Shown one piece after another: positions 37,301 through 46,418 of a DNA stretch of 64,000 nucleotides. A program made the position numbers and the translations under genes. The first letter of the stretch is position 1; the number at the start of each line of letters is the position of its first letter. A model generated the notes under the pieces. It did not search any database, was not told the DNA's origin, and was given only the letters and a program-made list of their open reading frames with translations. Source of the stretch: Orbicella franksi (Eukaryota); NCBI GenBank assembly GCA_964199315.1, contig OZ116699.1:21452001-21516000 (forward strand). Direction: 5' to 3'.

Positions 37301-38091
37301 TACTTACCGAAATAATTCGTCGAACGGATGGCGAACAAATCCTGAGCGTTACTCTGAATCAAATAAACAACACTCGAAGTCATTCCAGAAAACAACTCGG
37401 GTCTTGTTGAGCTTTAACAATTGTACGATTCAATCACAACAAATCCAAGATGTATACGCCTCAAAAAGCAGAATAGTAGGCAAAATACTTCCGCATGCAG
37501 AAGAGCTGAACAAATATCGAAGCCTCGTAACGTCACAAAGAAAAATAGTGTTCTGATTGGTTCGTGCGACATATCGACAACATCCGGCTACATCCTAATG
37601 TGGCCAAAAAAATATCACTGACGGAACCGGATTACACGAAAATCGAGCTGAATGATCTGAGATTGTTTCTGCATAGCCATCAAACTACGCACGGCTCTAT
37701 ATTCTGCCGCCTCGACAGGCTCGCGTTTTCGCTCGCCTGTCTCGTTGGCAATAGCCAAAACATCAGTCTCGGGACGTCTCTGCCTTGCCAATATTTATAA
37801 ATTGACGGAACTGAGTAAACCCGATTTTGTTGAAGCAAAACGAACGAATTAAAGGACGTTCTTTAATCCTTACTGTTTTTGTCTCTTTTTTATTCTCTAC
37901 TTCATCATTTCCGGTATGATTTGTTGTCATTTGCCTTACTAATGACTGTTTAATTATGTCATTTTGAAGCTGAGTTTTCAAAACTTTACAACCTTTTTAA
38001 AATGACCTCTCCAGGAGGACCTATCATTATCATTAGCTTCTACTTACTAGACCTGACAAGGTGGCCTAGAGACTTCTTTCAATATTACATT

Positions 38092-39513
38092 TCAAATATC
38101 AAAAAATGTTTCATCAAAAATCTTAATTCCTGGAATCTGTTTTGGAGTATAAATGCTTACATTCATTCGTCCGACTTCCATCATGGGGGGCTCGGGTATT
38201 AAAAACTTCCAGTAAGGTAACTCACGGAGTTTTCCTGTTCTTTCAATGGAGGGAGTTTTGCACATCGAACTTCTTGATCTTGTAGCATTCAGTCTCGATG
38301 AAGAACGAGGTGCTGCGCTTCTTTTACTGAAACAATTCGGATCTAACTTATTGCTTTTTCTATCTTTATAGTCAGTTCTGGGCCAGTCGAGTTCAGGAGA
38401 GATTCTTACTCGTGGTTTGTTCGGAGTGACAACTCGTTCAACAACTTCGTCGGAACCTTCCTCTCTCGCGCACAATTCTTGACTTTTTGAATCCATCAAA
38501 TTCCTCGTTATACTTGATCTTCTCGAGCTACAGAGCGACGAAATCGGCGTCTCTGTGCGAAATTGATGATGAGGTTCTAAGCCCTGAGTGCTACTTTCGT
38601 TCGAAATGCAGTGAGCATCGAACGTTGACCCAGTTACACGCGTTTTGACATGGACGCAACTATTTGGACGCGTTTTCAAGCCGTTTATGTTGTGAGTGGG
38701 TGAGACTGTTGACGGTCTTCTCCGTTGGAGCGGATCGCATTCTTTATAGATTGAGAACGAGGTTTTTATGTCTCTTTCGCTTTCTTGCGGTACGCATAAA
38801 ACGTACGGCGACACACAAATGTCCGGAAAGCTTCGGGTGTGTTCGTCGATGACAAATTGCTGCATTTGCGACTTTGTGCAAAGGGTACACAAACCAGGAC
38901 CTAGGACGTCGCAGAATTGTTTGGAAAACTCGCCTTTATCCATGTGTACCATATGATTGAAGTACTGTACTCTGGGTGCAAAGCTCATCAAAGATCTACT
39001 GTTAAAGTGTTTTTCACCGTCAAGTGTAGCTGCGCTGTTTTGTCTTTGTGATAAACTCGGCGAAGATAATGAGTTTTCTTGGTGAGCATTCATCTCGTTT
39101 TCCACCCAATTTTGCTGCTTTACTTCGCGTATCAACCGTTCTCTTGTCGACTTCTCAAGCTCAGTTTCTTCCACAACAACGTAATTGTATTCCAACTTTT
39201 CGCTTTGTTTCTGTAGCAGTCTCGTATCGATCGCATCTGTGATTAGGGACTGCTTCCGAATTCGTGGAGGTTTTTCCACGGGCGAACGGATCATATCCCG
39301 AGAAAATTCCGTCCTGTTGTAATTGGCGAAAAAGCCGGCTTGAGATTTTGTTTCCCTTTTCCGATCTGCGAGTTTAGAAAAGGCTTCAAACTCGGAGAGC
39401 TTCTTGTCTTTTTTCAACCTGTTTTGTTTTCCTATGAAGTTTTTGTTCACCTCAGTTGAGAACCATCTTATTCCATGTGCCGTTGTCGAATTTCTTCCTT
39501 CGCCCACAGCCAT
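38092..39513 (-). CDS. Uncharacterised 473-aa Ser/Arg-rich protein, intronless ORF
   Basis: A 1.4-kb stop-free frame in AT-rich DNA with raised GC. The first ATG is at 39513-39511 (the track start is a TTG). No domain was recognised. Confidence 0.75.
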   Translation of the reverse strand: MAVGEGRNSTTAHGIRWFSTEVNKNFIGKQNRLKKDKKLSEFEAFSKLADRKRETKSQAGFFANYNRTEFSRDMIRSPVEKPPRIRKQSLITDAIDTRLLQKQSEKLEYNYVVVEETELEKSTRERLIREVKQQNWVENEMNAHQENSLSSPSLSQRQNSAATLDGEKHFNSRSLMSFAPRVQYFNHMVHMDKGEFSKQFCDVLGPGLCTLCTKSQMQQFVIDEHTRSFPDICVSPYVLCVPQESERDIKTSFSIYKECDPLQRRRPSTVSPTHNINGLKTRPNSCVHVKTRVTGSTFDAHCISNESSTQGLEPHHQFRTETPISSLCSSRRSSITRNLMDSKSQELCAREEGSDEVVERVVTPNKPRVRISPELDWPRTDYKDRKSNKLDPNCFSKRSAAPRSSSRLNATRSRSSMCKTPSIERTGKLRELPYWKFLIPEPPMMEVGRMNVSIYTPKQIPGIKIFDETFFDI

Positions 39514-39895
39514 ATCTGCGTGTTCCAATCTTTCTTGATCACAAGTTTTTCACAGTAAAGTAACAGTTCATATCACGAATTATAACGTTAATATAGTTGT
39601 CCTCTTCTCAATTCAAATATTGATTTTTCTAGCTGAGTGTCAAACGAACTGATGAGCCGCGACCAGTTGAGTAATCATTCAAATGTAATTAAAAGCAGTA
39701 TCTTGTCGGCCAAGCAGCAAAACAAGAAAGAAGCCGAACACAAAAGCTTAAGTCCCTTAATAACAGTTATTCTACTATTATTTTAATCGATTTGCATCTT
39801 ACGGGCGCGTTTTTGTAATCACGACAAAGCCATTTGTGTAGCTCTAAATCCCTTGGGTGGTGCAGGAGGTAATTCTAAAGATAACTGTTCTTGTA

Positions 39896-39909
39896 GTTTC
39901 TATGGTAAC
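39896..39909. promoter_or_regulatory. RFX X-box
   Basis: GTTTCTATGGTAAC matches the palindromic X-box consensus GTTNCYATRGNAAC and lies about 380 bp upstream of the orphan ORF ATG. Confidence 0.55.
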
Positions 39910-40464
39910 CTGGGTAGTCCGCTACCCGTTTGTTTCAAAACAAGGTCAGATTTTAATGTTATTAAATTCAGCCAGCAATTAATCAGTTATGTTGGCTTTT
40001 ACATCGAGAATTGATTTCGTTGTTATACAAGCCAAGCTAATCCCCAAAAGTCATCACTTGATACTCCTTGCGGGAGTCCATCGTGACATCAAGATCATGT
40101 AGGATTTTCTTTTTCTTAGTTATCGATTACAAACACTTAAAAACGAGGAATTCAGAGACCCTTTTGAGGCTAATAAGGTTAATTATCAGTTTCCCTATTG
40201 TTCCAATTCAGTTTATAGGGAAGATGAAGTGTGTGCATCATGGTTAACGCACAGGAGAAAAAAAGGATCAAGTAGGTTTTCTTGATTAACTGCTTCAACT
40301 TTGTTCTAGACCAACGACCTGTCAACTCTTAAGGGTTTTTAAATTCCTTACTTAAAAGTATTTACTTAATTAACTGAGCTTGTAAGACCCTTGTAAGGAA
40401 TAATTGTATGTTGTTGGTTTAGTGTTTCACTTTATTCTTACTGAGCGCGTTCCCAGGACATGCT

Positions 40465-41094
40465 GGGTGTCTGGAAAACCCGAACAGCGAATAGCGAATA
40501 GTCGTGAATAGCGAATTGCGAAGAGTCCCGAATAGTGCGAATAGTCTCGAATAGTGCGAATAGTGGCGAGCAGTCGCGAAAAGTGGCGAATAGTGACGAG
40601 TAGTCGTCAATAGTCACCGCTTTAGATCTAATATCCAGCGTTAATTAATTATCCAAATAAAAAACAGAATCTCAGTGAATTTATTACCTTTTCTTCTCCG
40701 GACTCAGGCTAGTAGGCTGTCCATCGCCGACATTAAGAAAACAGAAAACACAAGGATAACCTAATAAAGACGTATTAACGCTTTTGCAGCGGTTAAAACA
40801 GAAGAAATTACGTTTAGAAACACCTTTTGCCCTGATACGCGTCTGTGCTATTTAGCGGAAAAATCCCATCCCAAGTTGCTACCAGGTTAACTGCGAGATA
40901 CTGGGTACCCTATTTGTTACTATTAGTCACTATTTGCCACTATTTGCCACCATTTGCCACTATTTACCACTATTCGCCACTATTCGAGACTGTTCGCCAC
41001 TATTCGCACTATTCGCACTATTCGTACTATTCGCTATTCGCTATTCGGGACTATTCGCTGTTCGCTATTCGCTATTCGGGTTTTCCAGACACCC
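40465..41094. mobile_element. Non-autonomous Mutator (MULE) foldback-type element
   Basis: 20-bp perfect TIR GGGTGTCTGGAAAACCCGAA / TTCGGGTTTTCCAGACACCC with the 9-bp TSD GGACATGCT (40456-40464, 41095-41103). Subterminal arrays of (GCGAATA)/(TATTCGC) variants lie in inverted orientation. Confidence 0.9.
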
Positions 41095-42177
41095 GGACAT
41101 GCTTGTGGTCAAGCAATATCAACTGGGTAGTCCAATAAACAAGACGAACCGCAAATTTTGTTTGAAATTAATTCAGGATAACGACAACCCTTCTCTTTCC
41201 AGTGCACAAGTTAAGAAAGGCAAAGAACTAGCGCGCCCTTTAAGTGTCGATTTCTTGAAAACAACTTCTAGTAAACTCAATCCTCTTTTCCAAGGCTACT
41301 GATTTGTATGAAGTTTATCTTAAAACAGCCAAAACAGTCACATGTTAGCTCTCTCAAGCTTTCTCTGCCAGTGTAGCTGAGTCGTGCTCAATTTCTTCGT
41401 GAGGTGAGTATCGTTATGAGGTAATGATGGCCTTGAAAAGACAGATAACTGATCCGTCTTGGGACCTATCGTGAATAAATAAGTCTTCCAGCAAAAGCAA
41501 ATCCCACTTGATCTAGCTACCCTGATCACTTTTGGAAATGCATTGGACTCTTATCCTTATTCTTAAAAGGTTGCTTCCGTAAGAACTGTAACAATAAGGC
41601 ACTAATTCGATCGAAAATCGACGGAATCACTACGGTATGTTCCAATAATTCCGCATTTGCGCGCGGCACTCACATGGTGTGTGTCTAGGGCCTCCTGACG
41701 TTTTCACTAAAACTAAGGAGAATACGAAGAAATAAAATCGTTCAAATTTGTGTTCATTGGGATCAGATATCCAAACAACGTCCGGCTGCGTGTAGCGTTT
41801 CCCACGAAGTTAAACGAACTTTTGTGATGGCAAGCAGGTGAATCACCAAACACTTCGAGACTATTTTAATTTTAACATCACATCATCATTAACCGCCAGT
41901 TTTTGAATCGAACCGAATTTTTGTAAATATATGAAATAATATATCAAAACTGCTGTTGTAGCATAATTTCTCAATTTTTAACGTTACACCTGACTTGACA
42001 GCTTGTGACACGAGATTTACTATATTTTGAGATTTTATTTCAATTTTTATGTTCTTTTTTTTTTCACTTTCCTTAATATAGTGTATAAAAGTATGAACAA
42101 AGGTCATCTATGTATCTTCTCACTGGTTTTAAGCATAAAAAAACAACATAAGGGATGGTGTAAGTCCATCCATGAAA

Positions 42178-42420
42178 GAGGGTGGTAAAGGGTATTTTCG
42201 TGACCCGTGATCGGCCCTTTTTATTTCCTGTGAAATGTGAAATAGCCATTTTTTTCCCCGTGAATCGTGATTTCCATAGTCGCCGTGAACCGTGATTTTC
42301 CAAAACGTTCTCTTTTATTTTCCGTGAACCGTGAAATGCCAATGTTGTATTTTTCGTAAATTGTGAAAGGGCTGCTTTATTTTCCGTGAAACATGATCTA
42401 TACCCACCTTTACCACCCTC
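42178..42420. mobile_element. MITE with GAG...CTC termini and 6-bp TSD, superfamily unclear
   Basis: TIR GAGGGTGGTAAAGG / CCTTTACCACCCTC, flanked by ATGAAA on both sides (42172-42177, 42421-42426). Internal (C)CGTGAA(C/T)CGTGA repeats. Confidence 0.8.
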
Positions 42421-43432
42421 ATGAAACAGATCAAACATTCACAGCTCAACATGTGGGAGTCTTCTGACAATTTAAAATTTATTAAATATTTGCCTTGGAG
42501 AAGGCTGCCACATCAACAGTTTAATATTAACTCATGAAATTGATACAATGTGCACTTAACTAATTTTGTCCCCTATATAAGGATGATTAAATAATTTTTT
42601 TTAACATTTTCGTCAGTTTTTTTCTTTTCCGATATTAAAAGCACTAAATTGAGTTTGTACAGTTCATTTGCTGAAAATAACTGATATAGTAAAATACTTT
42701 TTTTTTGTCGCTGCCTGTCATAAATAAATACATAAGAAACAAACAAACACCAACCAATCCACCAATCAAATACCCTACAGGCAAAGTTGCTTTGTAGATT
42801 GAAAGCTACTCTGCTCGCAGGGTACCAATCAAAAACCCATGGGATGTGGCAATTTGAACTCTTTACAGCTAACATTGTCTGTTTCCTAAGATAATTAATG
42901 GTAGTGTAAAAGCCAATGATTGGTTGAGTTCTTAACTGCGAATCAAAGGTGCAGGAGAAAATGTTTTAGCTGCAACCACATAAGCAGAGGACAATAAGCC
43001 TATGAGTAAGCTGCGAACACAGACAGATTCCTGGCTTTTCCTTCACACTGCTGAAAAATGTGGATATCTCTCTGTTACTGTGTTCACAGGCTACAATAGC
43101 CTGTGAGATACCCAATGTCTCATTATGACAACAGTAAATGAGCATGCATTGGTAATTTAGACAGCGCAATACACGATCATTGTAGCACATAGCAAGCAAA
43201 AATTTGCATTGCTACCCCCATGAAATCTTACTGAAGGAATAGGTATAGCACTAAACGGGTGGGATGGGAGGGGGGGTCAGAGTCTTTGAAAAGGGGCCTG
43301 CCACGCCCCCAAATCAGCCAGTGTGGACAAGCACAGTCGTGGTTCATTACTTAGGGTGAATATGACTGTCCAGTCAGTTGATATTTTGAACCGTCATTAC
43401 CTGCTTAATTCAGGCATATTTATATAAAGTTT

Positions 43433-44407
43433 CTACTTTGAGCCGCTTGTGGTGCTTTCCGTGAAGGTGTCAAATTCTATTGTTTTTCTTCTTGAGTGAC
43501 TGCAACACTTCCTGCAATTCAGCAGCTTCGCGACTGCCTTCCTGAAATTCTCAAATCGCCACGCATAGACAAAGGGGTTCACCCCTGAATTGGCGAGAAT
43601 CAAAAGAAAATGGACATCTCTGGCCCAGTGAATAAAAGTACAACTGCAGGAACTACAGAGATTAGTTATGTAGATACAAATACACGAAGGCAGATAGCAC
43701 GCCAAAAAGAGGGCCAACATTATCATGAAGGTCTTGGTCACTTTCTGTTCCCATCTTACAGCCTGCCTCTTTGCATGATTATCTTCGTTAGACTGATCCA
43801 AGGAGTCCCACTGTTTTACTTGATCCTTAAACACGCGAAAAATTTTAAGATAAGTCAATAACATGATCAGAAATGTGGCAATTATGACTGTATGAGCGAA
43901 GACAAAAGCGTACGTCAGGTAACCAGTAACAAGGTATACAAATGGACAGCTAAGTGAGAATGCCCAGATGCCAGCCGCCACAAAACCAGCTCGCTTAGGA
44001 TTCAGTTTTGTTCTGTAAGATAGCGGAGAAGTAATCGCCAAAAATCGGTCCACCGTCAAGGCAGCGAGACTGAGAACTGAAGCTGTACACGAAATGAAGT
44101 ACGGGATGTGGAGATAAACAAGATCGGTTGGATATTCTTTCGCAACTCCTTCGCTTACATGGAACGCCACAGACATCGGATCGACAACAAAGCCAACTAC
44201 AAGATCACTGATGGCTAGGTTGGCCACGAAGTAGTTAAACGGCGATTTAAGATCTTTGTTGGGGTCGATGAAGATAGCCAACACGATAAGAAGGTTCCCT
44301 GGTATGGTAAACAAGCACATTCCAACAGATATCGTGGCCGAAGTGAACGAGATGTAACTTGGAGCAATCGTTTGATTGATGCATGGATATTCACCAAACA
44401 AAGACAT
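43433..44407 (-). CDS. Class A (rhodopsin-like) orphan GPCR, 324 aa, intronless
   Basis: Seven hydrophobic segments with GN (TM1), LAISD (TM2), DRF (TM3), W (TM4), Y5.58, FLACYLP (TM6) and NPFVY (TM7); one N-terminal sequon (NQT) and C-tail cysteines. A possible 5' UTR acceptor lies at about 44424. Confidence 0.95.
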   Translation of the reverse strand: MSLFGEYPCINQTIAPSYISFTSATISVGMCLFTIPGNLLIVLAIFIDPNKDLKSPFNYFVANLAISDLVVGFVVDPMSVAFHVSEGVAKEYPTDLVYLHIPYFISCTASVLSLAALTVDRFLAITSPLSYRTKLNPKRAGFVAAGIWAFSLSCPFVYLVTGYLTYAFVFAHTVIIATFLIMLLTYLKIFRVFKDQVKQWDSLDQSNEDNHAKRQAVRWEQKVTKTFMIMLALFLACYLPSCICIYITNLCSSCSCTFIHWARDVHFLLILANSGVNPFVYAWRFENFRKAVAKLLNCRKCCSHSRRKTIEFDTFTESTTSGSK

Positions 44408-44969
44408 CGTTCTCTGTATAACTCTGGAACCAGAAAATGAGTATAGTTTGATATAGAACTGTCAGAACTTTTTCAAAATTCTCTTGCGTAGATACTTGTT
44501 CCGGTTCGAAACTAGTCGAAACCCGCACGTTGCACGTGTTATTCATCATGTTTCGCAATAGTTTGAGTAGTCCTTATTGTGCCGGGGACTCCCCCGCTTC
44601 AAAGCCATTGGTCGCCGGCGAGTTGCAACCATGCTCACGGACGATTTTGTTTCAAAACAAATCCTTACTGGGCGACCACGAGTATATTTTGGGAGTAATT
44701 TTTAAATTTAATCAAATATTTTTAAATATCAAAATACAGGTTTCACGTTTGAACGAGCCCTTAGTATGTTTGGTATGCTTACTTTCTGAACTTGCCCTTG
44801 CAAGTCACGAAAGTGCAACCCTTTCATCAGAAAGTAATGATCTTAAGAAATCTTTCAAGGTGAATAAGTTGGAAAAACAGAGTTGACTGACTTACAATTT
44901 CTGATAAATATTATGGGAACATATTGGACTGAAGTGTCTTTGCGTGTCCTGACTATTTGTCATTAGGGT

Positions 44970-45290
44970 AAATCTATTAGCGTTCTATCACGAATGCCGT
45001 TCTCTGATTGGCCACGCCACTCACTTTCTATATAATTAAACAATAGAGTGTTTCTGTCGAGGAACTATCGGCTGATAATTGCCCCGTAGAAATTTGATGT
45101 TCTTAAAACAAATATTTGCCCGAGAAGCGAAGCTTCTAGGGCCAAATATGCTAGTTTTAAGAACATCAAATTTCCAAGGGGCAACTATCAGACCGAAAGT
45201 TCCGGGACAGAAACACTCCAACACTGCGCTCTCGTCAACTATCGCGGCGATAGAAATCTCGAGTTCATAATCTAATTGTTTTTAATAGAT
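44970..45290. mobile_element. Palindromic MITE (45046-45218) nested in a copy of the 10146-10530 family
   Basis: The inner hairpin GAGTGTTTCTGTC...GACAGAAACACTC has the core CCCGAGAAGCGAAGCTTCTAGGG. The outer pieces are reverse complements of the two ends of the 10.1-10.5 kb element. Confidence 0.65.
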
Positions 45291-46418
45291 GATATTTCAG
45301 TCTAATGCGTGGTTTGTGGGCATAAATTTCATTTAGCTATGTTTAAGCAAAGTGTCCTAGATTTGTCCGAAATGAGATAAAAAGTGTTCGAAAATTTTAC
45401 ATGTAACGTCCGAATTTCTTTGAAGTAATGTACTTTGTCAATTATCTTAGATTCTCGATAGATATCACAATTAAAAAATGGTCATAGAATCAAAACAATG
45501 ACTGAGACAGAGAGACATTCTTTATACGAAACGTCTCTTAATTATTATAAGTTTACAATATTACCAATCATTATTTTATTGCTCGCCTGAGCTCCTTAGC
45601 ATTGAGGTGCTTGGAATGTTATGGTTATGGTACATTGTACGTTTTCAACGCTTTCAGTTAGCTGCAAATAACTGGGAATTGGTTGTCATTAATTCCTTTT
45701 GGGGTGACCTCGGGTGATCAATGTATTGTATCTCAAATGCCCATAGAGGGCTTTCTGAGCCGGACCAGCATAGCCCTTATGCCACTTGTGACGTCACTTT
45801 TAATGAAGGCGACGAGCGGGTTTCCGGATTATTAGCTGATGGAGTAGAAAAAGTTCTTTCAAAGCATATTGAGTACGATCAAGAGGATCATAATCTCTTG
45901 CTTTCCAGAAAAGATTCCAACGAGTAGAATGGCCACTGAAAGGCCAACTATAGCTAGGGTAGAATAGAATGGCGGAAAAAAAGGAAAAGGGGGAGAACGC
46001 AAAGTCTAAACTGGTCTATCTTTTTCTCGTTCAAATCTTGAAATTTGCTCTTTGACTACAGTGTAACTGCCTTTTAAGAGTTCAGCTTCAATTTTAGGTA
46101 ACAAGAAACGGAAATAGAAATCTCTTTTTTCAATTTGCCGTTTTGGGACGGGAATCACAAGCGATAATTAAATAAGTGCGTACACAGATCACGGGGGAGC
46201 ATTTGTTGGAAGAGTCATGATATGAGAGAGGAAACTGGTGCTAGTTTTATTCCCAGTACTCTCGCAATTTTCAATATGGCGGGACAGGTAGAAGGGTAAA
46301 CGTGAACGCTGCTCCTGAAAGCAACTTATTTCTGTCATTTCTTTGCTTAAAATGAGAAATAAGGAATAATTTCTGCATAAAGAAACATGAGCACAGTGTC
46401 CTACAAGCATTAAAAAGT

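Noticed and set aside
40480-41075. GCGAATA repeat arrays as a CRISPR-like array
   Set aside because: There are no unique spacers or cas genes, the context is eukaryotic, and the arrays are subterminal repeats of a TIR/TSD-bounded MULE.
45721-45927. 68-aa acidic ORF with coding-like composition
   Set aside because: Too short, with no recognisable homology and no clear splice link to neighbouring genes.
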